Virus record (IMG/VR): IMGVR_UViG_3300029775_000010
Span: 1-35,755 of that record
Length of the DNA stretch: 35,755 bases
Strand: one strand, 5' to 3'
DNA from: a virus
Lineage: Duplodnaviria; Caudoviricetes
Shown here: in pieces, positions 17,852-26,911 of the stretch
Numbering within the stretch: position 1 is the stretch's first letter
How the letters are laid out: every line of letters starts with the position of its first letter
Translations under genes and position numbers: made by a program
Notes under the pieces: generated by a model
What the model was told of the DNA's origin: nothing
The model's database searches: none
Seen by the model: only the letters and a program-made list of their open reading frames with translations

Positions 17852-18052
17852 CTACTTCGCTTTTCGTTTTGTGGTCTTCTTTGGCATTGCCTTGTCTTCA
17901 ACAGGCAGTTCCATTTTGTCCTCGATCTCAGGGGCATACTCTTTGCCAATAAGTCTGTATGTCAGTCCTTGCCTGACGGCTTCGGACCGCCACATTTTGA
18001 TGCCTTCGTACTCGCCAATCGGGACAATTACCATCACATCTTTTTCAACCAT
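17852..18052 (-). CDS. small hypothetical protein after capsid
   Basis: GAGG RBS; EDKM/EDKAM repeats and basic tail, as in post-capsid small proteins. Confidence 0.65.
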   Translation of the reverse strand: MVEKDVMVIVPIGEYEGIKMWRSEAVRQGLTYRLIGKEYAPEIEDKMELPVEDKAMPKKTTKRKAK

Positions 18053-18067
18053 AAAGCACTTCCTCTC

Positions 18068-18095
18068 AGGGCAGAGGTGTAAAAGCCTCTGCCCT
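18068..18095 (-). terminator. stem-loop after the capsid gene (attenuator or mRNA stabiliser)
   Basis: AGGGCAGAGG-N8-CCTCTGCCCT 10-bp stem; no clear U tract. Confidence 0.45.
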
Positions 18096-18111
18096 TATCA
18101 ATCAACTAAGC

Positions 18112-19404
18112 CTAAGATGGACTGCCGCTTGCGGCGGTAGCGATCTCAACAAAGGACTTTGGTTTCAGCACACCGAAAGCCGCGCGAGCTTCAGCCAAAA
18201 TTGCAACAAGGTTGCGGATGAAGAAATCCGCATGGCTATCGCTGACGCTGATAGTGACCTGCTGGCGATCCCACATCACAGCCTGTTTCCAGTTGCCCAA
18301 ATAGGCAGTACCAGCGGTGAGATACTGTGACTCAACCACAGGAATCCGCCACATGGATTGCTGATAAGGCAGGTATGGTGCGGCAGCAAAGAGAGCCAAC
18401 TCAACGGCTTCCCAATCAGCGGGTGCAATCACAAACGCGGTAGGACTGGCTTCCAAACCGTTTGTCGCCAAATTAGTGATGGCTTTGCGTGCGGTTGTCA
18501 GGATGTTAGTGCTGAAGTCCTGGGCGAGAATGCCCGTAGTTTCAGCTACACCAACAAAATCGGGAGTGGCTTGCCCAAACAGGATGTTGGTTTCGATCTC
18601 ATCCATGAGAGAGTCGCGCAATTCCTGGTCAATAATTCCGCGCAATTGAGCTGCGTCAGCCAGAGCGCGTTTGGTTACAGGAATCCACACCGCAACGGTT
18701 TCCACGGGAGCAGTAACCTTCGCGAAAGTCATAGTGCCTTCGGGCTTGTAGCCGCCGCCAGAATTGAGGGTGACAGTGCTGGTATATTCCGTAGGGGAGC
18801 CCGCCGCAGTAGTGACCACAGTTGGGGCAGCAGCCGAAGTCGCTTCGGCGACACCAGCAGCCTGGGTAACCTGTGCAGTCTGGCGAACAAACTCAACCAT
18901 ATCGCTATTGGTACTACGGACGCTGATCAGGTCGCGCAACTTCAGCGGTTTGCGTCCCATAGGAACGTAAATGCCAGTGTCATCGTTCTGAATGAACGCA
19001 CCAGCGGAGGTGTTGGAAAGGCCAGTGATGACGGCTTTCTTCTCAAACGGCATGTCAACCTGGAACGCAGGTGAATTGATGCCCTTCGCACTTTCGGGAA
19101 TGTGCCCGTTAGGGGCAACCTGTTTCATCCAGGCTTTGTACGCTTTATTCTGAGCAAAGCGTTCGCCGAGACTGCCTTTTGCTTCCTCTTGGGTTTCTTC
19201 TTCTGCTTTGCCCTTTGCGGCAGCAGCCTGGAGTTCAGCAATCTTGCGTTCCAAAGCAACATCATCGAGACCTTGCTTCGCTTCCTCCACCATGTTCATG
19301 GACTTATTGCGTTCGTCCTCTGTCATGGGGCGACCCTCGAAGAGAGCCTTTTCAACAATCTCACGGGCATCGCCCAAAAGATTCATAAATTTTTCGTTAT
19401 TCAT
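18112..19404 (-). CDS. HK97-family major capsid protein
   Basis: Coiled-coil delta domain; LRDLIS; KPEG...VETVAVWIPVTKRALAD; FIRNLVAILAEAR; GGAGG RBS favours ATG 19404. Confidence 0.95.
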   Translation of the reverse strand: MNNEKFMNLLGDAREIVEKALFEGRPMTEDERNKSMNMVEEAKQGLDDVALERKIAELQAAAAKGKAEEETQEEAKGSLGERFAQNKAYKAWMKQVAPNGHIPESAKGINSPAFQVDMPFEKKAVITGLSNTSAGAFIQNDDTGIYVPMGRKPLKLRDLISVRSTNSDMVEFVRQTAQVTQAAGVAEATSAAAPTVVTTAAGSPTEYTSTVTLNSGGGYKPEGTMTFAKVTAPVETVAVWIPVTKRALADAAQLRGIIDQELRDSLMDEIETNILFGQATPDFVGVAETTGILAQDFSTNILTTARKAITNLATNGLEASPTAFVIAPADWEAVELALFAAAPYLPYQQSMWRIPVVESQYLTAGTAYLGNWKQAVMWDRQQVTISVSDSHADFFIRNLVAILAEARAAFGVLKPKSFVEIATAASGSPS

Positions 19405-20002
19405 TTTTTGCCTCCAAAGCAATTATGTCTAATAAGAATTTCACATCAGCCGGGTCAACGCCGCTCTCATTCCCGATTTCTTCTACGGTCTCTGATTCAG
19501 TTTTGACTTCCTGCTCCACTTCTGGCTCAGGCTTTTCGCCCTCGCTCTTAATGGCTAAAGTTTGAGTGTCGTTCCCTGCACCAATAAAGACAGGCGACAC
19601 CTCGTACACACGCATCTTTTTCAATATGCGGACTTTCTTATTGTCTACAGTTCCGTCCTCTGATTCTTCAACTTGGAATCCATATGACCACTGTTGCAAT
19701 TCACCAAGATTTTTCACAGTGAGGTAATGCTCACGCCCAACAACCGTGTCAAGGAAAAACTTTCCCTCGACCCAGGCTTTCTCTTCATCGTGGCGAATCA
19801 CGCCCTTTCCAACGGGCAAAGCCCCCCAGTCGTGCCCCCAGGCTGAAATTTTTACTTTTTCTCCATCGCTGAATGCACTTCTTTTCGTCACATCTCCGTG
19901 TTTATCTATCACGTCGAATCGGCTGAAAATTGCCTTAAAGCTTCCTGTTTCATCAGAGTTCTCTTTGAACTCGACCTCAATATCAAATAATTTCTTTTCC
20001 AT
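19397..20002 (-). CDS. HK97-family prohead protease
   Basis: FDVIDKHGD, WGHDW..LPVGK, WSYGF, YEVSPVFIGAG. Confidence 0.9.
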   Translation of the reverse strand: MEKKLFDIEVEFKENSDETGSFKAIFSRFDVIDKHGDVTKRSAFSDGEKVKISAWGHDWGALPVGKGVIRHDEEKAWVEGKFFLDTVVGREHYLTVKNLGELQQWSYGFQVEESEDGTVDNKKVRILKKMRVYEVSPVFIGAGNDTQTLAIKSEGEKPEPEVEQEVKTESETVEEIGNESGVDPADVKFLLDIIALEAKNE

Positions 20003-20016
20003 CTGATCAATTCCTT

Positions 20017-20754
20017 TCAATGTGACTCTGAGTAGCGAAGGCGGTTTGCCTCGCCAATCTTACGTTTGGTTTCCTCGGAATGTTTGCGCCCCGTCTGCGA
20101 TTTAGACATGCGCTGTTTAGCTTCTTCTGTGTGTTTGTACCCTTTGTTAGCTTCGGATATTTTCCGTTTGGTTTCTTCTGAGCGGTGTTTGCCGAAGTTT
20201 AAGTTTTTCTCACCCATGTGTGAATCAGACATCTTTTGCCTGGTTTCCTCTGAGAAACATTTTCCGAATCTATGGTTACGTTCACCCATTTGTGCCTCTG
20301 ATATTTTCCACCTGTGTTCTTCAGTAAAGGGGCGACCTTTCATTGCTTCACTTATTTTGCGCTTAGATTCTTTGGTGTGATTTTTCCCAAAGAAGTAATT
20401 GCCATCACCGCTCCGCACCTCTGAAAGTTTTTGCTTGTGTTCCTCGGTATGTTTAAGCCCCTGAAATGGTGCTAAGGCAACCCGAGCAATGTTGTAAGTC
20501 GGATTCAAGCCGTCTATGAGCACCTGCTCGTAATACAATGTCATGGATTTATCGCAATACAAAATAACCTCAAACAAGAAGTTGTCAGCACCATATTTAT
20601 TCCAAGCGTTCTGAAGATGCACATTTCTATGGCAGTTGCTTTCCAGCGTATACCGATGATCTCTAAAACGCTTGGCAAGGCTCACCGAACTCCCAATATA
20701 GAAATCGCCCGTGACTGTGTTGGTTATTTTGTAAACTCCGCAGTTACTTGTCAC
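20017..20754 (-). mobile_element. free-standing GIY-YIG homing endonuclease with NUMOD3 repeats
   Basis: GVYKITN...FYIGSS...R...H..LQNAWNKYG...E...YN, followed by multiple H(S/T)EE(T)KxK(I/M)S repeats. Confidence 0.9.
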
Positions 20755-20758
20755 AATT

Positions 20759-22705
20759 TCACCTCAATGGCGTGGTGTCTATAGGTTTTCGCACCCAAAT
20801 AACCTTGCATTTACAGTTCGCGTTATCTTCAGCCTTGCCCTTGTAACTCCGTGGGTACTGAAGACCGTTCGAAAATACTTCTCGCTTCTCGATGAACTCA
20901 CCGTTCATCTTCTCGTGTTCTGGGCGAGGGTTGTTGCTTCTTACTGTCCATATTTTTCCGATAACCGAATCAACCGCATCAGCGATCTTGGCTTCAACAT
21001 AACTCTCGACCATCGCACGCCGATCCTCAGCAAGTTGCGCTGCTCTTGTTGCTAAGGCTGCAACAAACACTTCCTTGATCGCATCAACTGGATTTTCACC
21101 CTGCAAAGCCTTCTCAAGTTGATCGTAGGTGCTGGCGTTGATATATTCAGCCGCGATCCTTGCGTTTTCTTCTAACCAATTCTCCATCCACTCACGCTTG
21201 TACTCTGCGCCTAATTGCCCTGCAAAAGCATCGGCATAAGCCCAGGCGGTCTCTTGTGTGATCTTCAGAAAGTCCTCGGCAACTTCTCTGTCCCAACGTT
21301 CCTTATCCCAAAGGACATCGAGCCTGTCCATCTTTGCTTTTGGCAAAACGGCATCCCTCTGGCGTGTAAACACATTCACTAAAAGTTTGTGCCATTTCTC
21401 GCCATACTCTTTGTCCAGATCGGGATATTCTGGCAAGATTGACTCAGCCGATGCCTTAGTCTCTATCTCTGGCGTTTCGTCTTTGTTCTGTTGTTGTCGC
21501 ATAACCATTTCAGGGGTTGCCATATTGAGAGGGGTAACCAGGGTGTCAGCCAGGGGGTTCTTCAAACGTGGAAGGTTCAGAATCGCACGACCTTCGTTTG
21601 GTGTCATGTAAGGAACGCCTACAGACTGCCGTAGTGACTCAAGCTGCATACTGAAATCAGACTGCAGTTTTTCGTCAATATTAAACTCGGTGTATGCGCC
21701 CTTCAAATCTTTGAACTCACTCAAATACTGCAAATCCCAATCGTCCTCAAGTCTGGCGCACATTGGACTAAGCACATCCATGTAAAGAGACTTATGCGAC
21801 TCGGTAATGTTCGAGAACGTACTGCGATCTAAAATTCCGACCATTGGCGGAGGGATGTGATATGCTCTGGCACATTCTTCACGATTGAGTTTTCTGCTCT
21901 CGATATACTCTGTCTCTTTCGGGCTGAACGACATCGGTTTGAAAACCATGCCCTCTTCCAACAAAGCAGTCTTGCCGCTGTTGTCTTCACCTGCATACAT
22001 TTCCTGCCATTGCTGACGGAAGTTGCGTGCCGCTACTTCACTCATTTCCTTTGCTTCCAGCGGTCTTTCGATCACACCAGAAATACGAGCGGCGTTTCGC
22101 CAGAAACCAGAACTGTACTTTGACTTTTCCCATTCTTCAGCCAGGACTTCGCGCAAGCCTTCAAGCGGTGACACGCCTATAGTCGAGTTTTCAGGATTAT
22201 AAAAACGGAAGTGAATGATGTCTTCAGGTTTGTATTCTTTCTCGATATAGCCGATTTTGTACTTTGTTGGCACTAACTCGCCCTTTACGCTCATAAGCAT
22301 ATAAGGCACACGCTGAAGCGCGATGATCTCACCATCGCCGTTTCTGTGTTTGAGCAGATAACCATTACCACCGATCAGCATGTCTGCGACTGCCGATTCA
22401 ACCAGTTGGAACTGTGTCACCTTAAACTTTGACGGCAACGGTTGTTTCAGGATTTGTACCGCCCTATGATCTCTCACCCGTTCTCTGTCATTATCTTCTT
22501 TTCGCGAGTAAACATGCAGCCCCAGGTGAGCGATATTTCGAGCCAGGAAATCAACGCAAATCCTCACATTCATGTGATTCTTGTACATTGCCAAATAATC
22601 AAAGGTGTAATCGGACCGCACCGATGAAAGCGTGACGTTGTTTGCGTTTGTCCACCAATTCGCTGGCATCGTTATTAGGTTAGTTTCTGAAATAATCGTT
22701 GTCAT
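20759..22705 (-). CDS. HK97-family portal protein fused to a MuF-like head morphogenesis domain
   Basis: IIHFRFYNP..GVSPLE, LEEGM, YHIPPPMVG, MTPNEGRAILNLP (portal), then KIW...RPEH..MNGE...FSNGLQYP...NCKC (MuF-like) in one ORF. Confidence 0.9.
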   Translation of the reverse strand: MTTIISETNLITMPANWWTNANNVTLSSVRSDYTFDYLAMYKNHMNVRICVDFLARNIAHLGLHVYSRKEDNDRERVRDHRAVQILKQPLPSKFKVTQFQLVESAVADMLIGGNGYLLKHRNGDGEIIALQRVPYMLMSVKGELVPTKYKIGYIEKEYKPEDIIHFRFYNPENSTIGVSPLEGLREVLAEEWEKSKYSSGFWRNAARISGVIERPLEAKEMSEVAARNFRQQWQEMYAGEDNSGKTALLEEGMVFKPMSFSPKETEYIESRKLNREECARAYHIPPPMVGILDRSTFSNITESHKSLYMDVLSPMCARLEDDWDLQYLSEFKDLKGAYTEFNIDEKLQSDFSMQLESLRQSVGVPYMTPNEGRAILNLPRLKNPLADTLVTPLNMATPEMVMRQQQNKDETPEIETKASAESILPEYPDLDKEYGEKWHKLLVNVFTRQRDAVLPKAKMDRLDVLWDKERWDREVAEDFLKITQETAWAYADAFAGQLGAEYKREWMENWLEENARIAAEYINASTYDQLEKALQGENPVDAIKEVFVAALATRAAQLAEDRRAMVESYVEAKIADAVDSVIGKIWTVRSNNPRPEHEKMNGEFIEKREVFSNGLQYPRSYKGKAEDNANCKCKVIWVRKPIDTTPLR

Positions 22706-22911
22706 GGGACCGCCTGTATAAATTCGATTTCTTTGATGAAGATGATTGTTTCACCATCCAGTTTTTTCGCCCCATCAGGCGACAACCACTCTGCGTTTTT
22801 CAGAACGATGCAGTCGTTTGTTTTCTTCCAAACAACGCCCCTGAAATCCTTGCCAAACTTTGTGTTGACTATAACTGGTCTCAATTCTGCAAACCATCCG
22901 AACAAACTCAT
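22702..22911 (-). CDS. small hypothetical protein between terminase and portal
   Basis: ATGA-coupled on both sides; beta-rich, Sm-like pattern (FRGV...VLKNA...IEFIQ). Confidence 0.65.
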   Translation of the reverse strand: MSLFGWFAELRPVIVNTKFGKDFRGVVWKKTNDCIVLKNAEWLSPDGAKKLDGETIIFIKEIEFIQAVP

Positions 22912-24503
22912 AACACCACCAATCCGCGGCGTTCATAAACAGAATCTTTACGCCCCGTAGAATTTCTGATCGCCCTGTCGGTTGCCATAATCGCTGCTAC
23001 TATGCCGTCAATTTTCTGTCTGCTTTTCCTTTTATCGGGTTTGATATTCCCTGCAGGATCAGTCGTGACCATAACGTTATCCGCCATCCAACGCATTACG
23101 GGGTGGTTTCCATGTCTCACCCTGCCTTGTAAAATCAGTCGCTCAACTTCTTTTGTAGGCGGCGACATGCTCACATATCCCTGCCCAAACCCGACCAAAG
23201 TGAAGCCCATATTAGTAAGCGTTTGTGAAATCTGCGCTGCACCCCAACGGTCAAAAGCGATCTCTTTAATGTTGTAAAGTTCGCCTAATCGCTCAATTTC
23301 AGCAATGATGTATTCGTAGTCAATCACGTTTCCAGGAGTTGCAATCAAGTACCCCTGATCAGCCCAAGCCCTGTAAATATCGCGGTCAATGAATCCTGGA
23401 TCAGTCAATTTTGACTCCGGACAAAACAAAGTCGGCAACCAGGTATGTAACTCTTCTTCACCGCTTTCATTTGGAAAATCCAGCACAAATGCGGCAATGT
23501 CAGAAACTGTCGCAAGGTCAAGACCGCCATAGCACTCTGACCCCTCAAGCAGTTTCATGTCAATCGGCTGCTCACCGCACTTGTCCCACGTCTGCATATC
23601 AAGCCAGCGCGTTTCTGCTGAAGTCCACATGTTGAGGTACAAACGCTTGAAAGTGTTTTGAAACTGCGGGCTTGAAAGAGCCTTTTCGTAATTCTTTCGC
23701 AAATAATCAATCTTGATTGAGTGTCCCAGACTCGGGTTGGCTTTCTTCCACGTCTCCTCGCTTGTCCAATCATCTTCTGGCGATGCCTCGTAAATAACAG
23801 GATAAAACCAATCTCTCTGTATTATGCCCTCAGCCACTTGCTTTGCCATCGAATAAGTCTCATAACAGATTGATTCACGGTCATAACCTGCCGTGCTGAA
23901 AGAAATCAGCAGCGGTTGGCGGCGCGCACCGAAACTGGTCTGGACAACATCGTAAAGGTCTCGGTTTTTCTGCGCATGTAACTCATCAAAAAAAGCGGCG
24001 TGTAAGTTGCCGCCATGCTTAGTGCCAGCATCCGATGAAACAACTTTGTAAACCGAAGCCCCCTGCTTAGCAACAATCGCATTGCGATAAGCACTAACCA
24101 ACTCATCTAGTGCGGCGTTTTGCTTTACCATGAAACGAGCCGTGTCAAAAATCGCCCGTGCCTGGTCTCTATCTGCTGCTACAGAAATCAACTCTGCGCC
24201 AGGCTCGTTATCTACAATCAGCAGATAAAGTGCTATGGCAGCCCCAAGCGGTGACTTCCCGTTCTTCCTGGCCACGAAGACAAACGCCTCTCTGTAACGC
24301 CGATAACCTGTTTCCTTTTCTTTCCAACCGAAAAGGTTGCGCACAAATTCCTTTTCCCACTCCAAAAGCAAAAAAGGCTTGCCGCCTAACTCCCCTTTGA
24401 CATGGGTAATGTAATTTTCAATAAAGTCGACCGCAACCTGTCCAGCCACGGGGTCAAATTCGTACTTACTGAGATCGCAATTCCAGGGGTCGTACTTCTT
24501 CAT
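22908..24503 (-). CDS. terL: terminase large subunit
   Basis: Walker A VARKNGKS; Walker B FFDELH; STAG; nuclease motifs GGLDLA, FDRW, KIDG. Confidence 0.97.
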   Translation of the reverse strand: MKKYDPWNCDLSKYEFDPVAGQVAVDFIENYITHVKGELGGKPFLLLEWEKEFVRNLFGWKEKETGYRRYREAFVFVARKNGKSPLGAAIALYLLIVDNEPGAELISVAADRDQARAIFDTARFMVKQNAALDELVSAYRNAIVAKQGASVYKVVSSDAGTKHGGNLHAAFFDELHAQKNRDLYDVVQTSFGARRQPLLISFSTAGYDRESICYETYSMAKQVAEGIIQRDWFYPVIYEASPEDDWTSEETWKKANPSLGHSIKIDYLRKNYEKALSSPQFQNTFKRLYLNMWTSAETRWLDMQTWDKCGEQPIDMKLLEGSECYGGLDLATVSDIAAFVLDFPNESGEEELHTWLPTLFCPESKLTDPGFIDRDIYRAWADQGYLIATPGNVIDYEYIIAEIERLGELYNIKEIAFDRWGAAQISQTLTNMGFTLVGFGQGYVSMSPPTKEVERLILQGRVRHGNHPVMRWMADNVMVTTDPAGNIKPDKRKSRQKIDGIVAAIMATDRAIRNSTGRKDSVYERRGLVVL

Positions 24504-24997
24504 GCGTCTTCCCCTTCGACCTTTGCGCGTGCGGCTGCAAACAACGAGTCCGCCAAGCTTTTGTTTTTCTCTTCAGGGGAACGCGCCTTGACACGAGTAC
24601 GCTCTGCTGGTGTCAGCCCAAACTGTCCAAGCATCAACTTCACCCGATTCCAAGCCTGATTCGCAATTCCAACGTTGGGGTGTTGGTAGACCGTGCCCTT
24701 CTCTGTGACAACAATCGTGCCAGACTCTTTCAAGTCCTTTCGAGCCTGGATCAGATCGCCATAAGCCATACAAAGCAGCTCAAATGCCTGGTGGTCGCCC
24801 TCGGTGTAGAGACCAGTCTCGACCAGCTTAGGCAGCATTTCTTTCCACAACCGCTTTCCGTAAAGGTTGAGCGTGGTCGGGGGCTTCGGTGGCTCTTCAG
24901 GCGCATCGAAGCGAGCCTGTGCATGATTCACACGGCTTTTCTTCAGCGTTCCCTGCGCTTCTTTCAGCGCATCTGGTAATGGCGTTCTACCTCGCAC
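24500..24997 (-). CDS. terS: terminase small subunit, P27 family
   Basis: RGRTPLP...HPNVGI...QFGLTPAERTR; GTG 24997 is the likely start. Confidence 0.9.
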   Translation of the reverse strand: MRGRTPLPDALKEAQGTLKKSRVNHAQARFDAPEEPPKPPTTLNLYGKRLWKEMLPKLVETGLYTEGDHQAFELLCMAYGDLIQARKDLKESGTIVVTEKGTVYQHPNVGIANQAWNRVKLMLGQFGLTPAERTRVKARSPEEKNKSLADSLFAAARAKVEGEDA

Positions 24998-25334
24998 GCC
25001 TACCCCACCTTTCACCCTTTGCATGATGTTCGGCTTCATGGCACCTTCGGCAAAGTGCTTCCAGATTGTCGAAGTCGTCTGCCCCGCCATCGCGCTTTCG
25101 GATAATATGGTGCGCGATCTCACTCGGTGCACCACAACGTTCACAATTCGGATTACGGATCAAAAATATCTTTGAGGTCTTGCGCCATTTTTGACTTGTG
25201 TATTTGACATCACGAGGTCGCTCCAGGTCTTTTTTGTATTGTTTCTGGTGCACTTCGCAACGGCTTATCCCAGGCTCAGTCACAAGACTTGGACATCCTG
25301 GAACAACACATTGTCTCGGTGGTGCATAAGCCAT
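24987..25334 (-). CDS. HNH endonuclease (packaging-associated, HK97 gp74-like)
   Basis: CVVPGC...C..H; Y.SQKW; CERC; HHI...GG..D..NLEALCRRCH; adjacent to terS. Confidence 0.9.
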   Translation of the reverse strand: MAYAPPRQCVVPGCPSLVTEPGISRCEVHQKQYKKDLERPRDVKYTSQKWRKTSKIFLIRNPNCERCGAPSEIAHHIIRKRDGGADDFDNLEALCRRCHEAEHHAKGERWGRRAR

Positions 25335-25337
25335 ATG

Positions 25338-25556
25338 CTATTCGCCACTCACCATTGCTTCAAACGAAAGAGCCAAACCCTGTCGTTTGGTCTCTGCCAG
25401 CATCGCCATCTGAGGAATCGAAGTCTCACTCATATCAAGCGTGATTCTGATTCCACCGTCAGCCAAAGTTTGTAATTTATAAACTACTGCATCAAATTTG
25501 ATCGTTTCCAAACAGTCCTCGTCTTTACCAATAATCTCTTGTAAGTCCACAAACAT
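25338..25556 (-). CDS. hypothetical protein
   Basis: Fills the gap in the operon; YKLQTLADGGIRITLD. Confidence 0.6.
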   Translation of the reverse strand: MFVDLQEIIGKDEDCLETIKFDAVVYKLQTLADGGIRITLDMSETSIPQMAMLAETKRQGLALSFEAMVSGE

Positions 25557-25574
25557 TCACGCCCGCCGATGAAG

Positions 25575-25991
25575 TCAGTCACAAGTCTCATCGCCGCTCC
25601 CGTTCATCGCGTCAATGCGTTCTGTCAACTCTTTCACCTGCTTTTCGAGTTCACGAATGCGCTTATCACGGCACTTGACCGCGCTCGACAACTTATCCAC
25701 TTGCGTCTGCAAGTCAGCGTTTTCCTGCTGCAAATTCACAATAAGTGCTTCCCTGTCTGATAATGCAGAACGCAAGCCTGACACTTGCGCCTCTAATACA
25801 TCCACCTTCGCTGCTAACTCATCCGCCCGCTTATTGAGAGCGTTTAGCCTCGTTTCGTATGCGGTCGATAGCGTTGCTACACAGTCCGCCTGGATTTTCT
25901 TGCGGTTAGCAAGCGCATTCACAATAGCCGCGCCTAAGCCGCCTCCGCCCAGCACCGCTGCTATGATTGCGATCCAGACGTTCTCGCTCAT
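25575..25991 (-). CDS. membrane-anchored coiled-coil protein (holin/spanin-like)
   Basis: N-terminal TM segment (IAIIAAVLGGGGLGAAIV) followed by a long heptad coiled coil. Confidence 0.6.
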   Translation of the reverse strand: MSENVWIAIIAAVLGGGGLGAAIVNALANRKKIQADCVATLSTAYETRLNALNKRADELAAKVDVLEAQVSGLRSALSDREALIVNLQQENADLQTQVDKLSSAVKCRDKRIRELEKQVKELTERIDAMNGSGDETCD

Positions 25992-26320
25992 CCGTTAGCG
26001 CCCTCGTAATCTTCAAGCGCATCAAACACGGCGATAAGGTTGTTCGGCTTGTCGGTTAGATCGTGGAGCAAATTTGACCCACCCCCTGCAACAATAGCAG
26101 TCAGAATTTGACCGATCAACGCATTCGGAATGAACGGAGCAAACAAGTTCACGCCGGTAAACCAAACGAACACGCCTGCCAAAATCCAGGCTGGATAAGC
26201 CAGCCAGAATTTATCCCAGCCGTACTTATCGAAAATCGGCGTGACTAACATTGCCACAAGCCGGTTAGCCAGTACCATCATTCCGATCACGATTCCAAGT
26301 AAAGTTACGTCAAATTCCAT
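25988..26320 (-). CDS. putative holin
   Basis: Three hydrophobic segments; ILTAIVAGGGSNLLHDL motif typical of phage holins; GGAGG RBS. Confidence 0.7.
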   Translation of the reverse strand: MEFDVTLLGIVIGMMVLANRLVAMLVTPIFDKYGWDKFWLAYPAWILAGVFVWFTGVNLFAPFIPNALIGQILTAIVAGGGSNLLHDLTDKPNNLIAVFDALEDYEGANG

Positions 26321-26333
26321 TCAAGCCTCCGAG

Positions 26334-26537
26334 TTAATAAATTCCTAATTCTGAAAACGGGATTTCGCGTTCGTCAATGATTGCTTGTTGGCGGTACTCC
26401 CGCTTTATGTCTGCAACCATGAAAACAAGCCACTCCGGCCACTTGGAACGGTCAAGCCCATATTCAGCCTGACACTTATCGCATAGATCAAAGTTGCTTG
26501 TTATAACCTTTCCGCAAACACAGCGTTTCGATTTCAT
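26334..26537 (-). CDS. small Cys-rich hypothetical protein
   Basis: CVC...CDKC; ATAA-type overlap with the upstream gene. Confidence 0.6.
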   Translation of the reverse strand: MKSKRCVCGKVITSNFDLCDKCQAEYGLDRSKWPEWLVFMVADIKREYRQQAIIDEREIPFSELGIY

Positions 26538-26794
26538 AATTGTTCTCTATCTACTACAGCGACTTTTTCAGCACTTTTAGAAATTTCTTGTAGAATTTGC
26601 CCAATTCTGCGCTGTGTAAGCCCCACAATCGCGCCAACCTCTTCCTGCGTATGCCCAAACGCATACAGCACCGCAATGTGCCTGTCACGCGGACTTAGGC
26701 GTTTTAGCAGGCGTTCAAAGTCAATCTTGCGCTCAATGCTTTCCACGTCTTCGCTGTCAAACAGATCGTCTATTTCGTAACCTTCAATTTCCAT
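26534..26794 (-). CDS. sigma70 region 4-like HTH regulator
   Basis: LSPRDRHIAVL...GHTQEEVGAIVGLTQRRIGQIL; GGAG RBS favours ATG 26794. Confidence 0.75.
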   Translation of the reverse strand: MEIEGYEIDDLFDSEDVESIERKIDFERLLKRLSPRDRHIAVLYAFGHTQEEVGAIVGLTQRRIGQILQEISKSAEKVAVVDREQL

Positions 26795-26809
26795 TTCGTC
26801 TCCAAAGTT

Positions 26810-26862
26810 AAATAAAAAGACCCGAAGCCGCGCCACCATTTTCAGGTGATGCAACTCCGGGT
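26810..26862 (-). terminator. long intrinsic terminator in front of the late genes
   Basis: ACCCGGAGTTGCATCACC-loop-GGTGGCGCGGCTTCGGGT (18 bp with G.U pairs and one mismatch), followed by CTTTTTATTT. Confidence 0.75.
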
Positions 26863-26911
26863 TATGTTCCGCGTGAGTCACGCTTGTTTCGTGCTATTCA
26901 GTTGTTAGTTG

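Noticed and set aside
19945-19960. Additional hammerhead cores (CTGATGA matches on the minus strand here, near 4750 and near 15350)
   Set aside because: All lie inside coding genes, with no evident flanking stems or GAAA/UH geometry.
26800-26910. tRNA gene in the structured intergenic region
   Set aside because: No cloverleaf or T-loop (GTTCRA) motif; better explained as a terminator.
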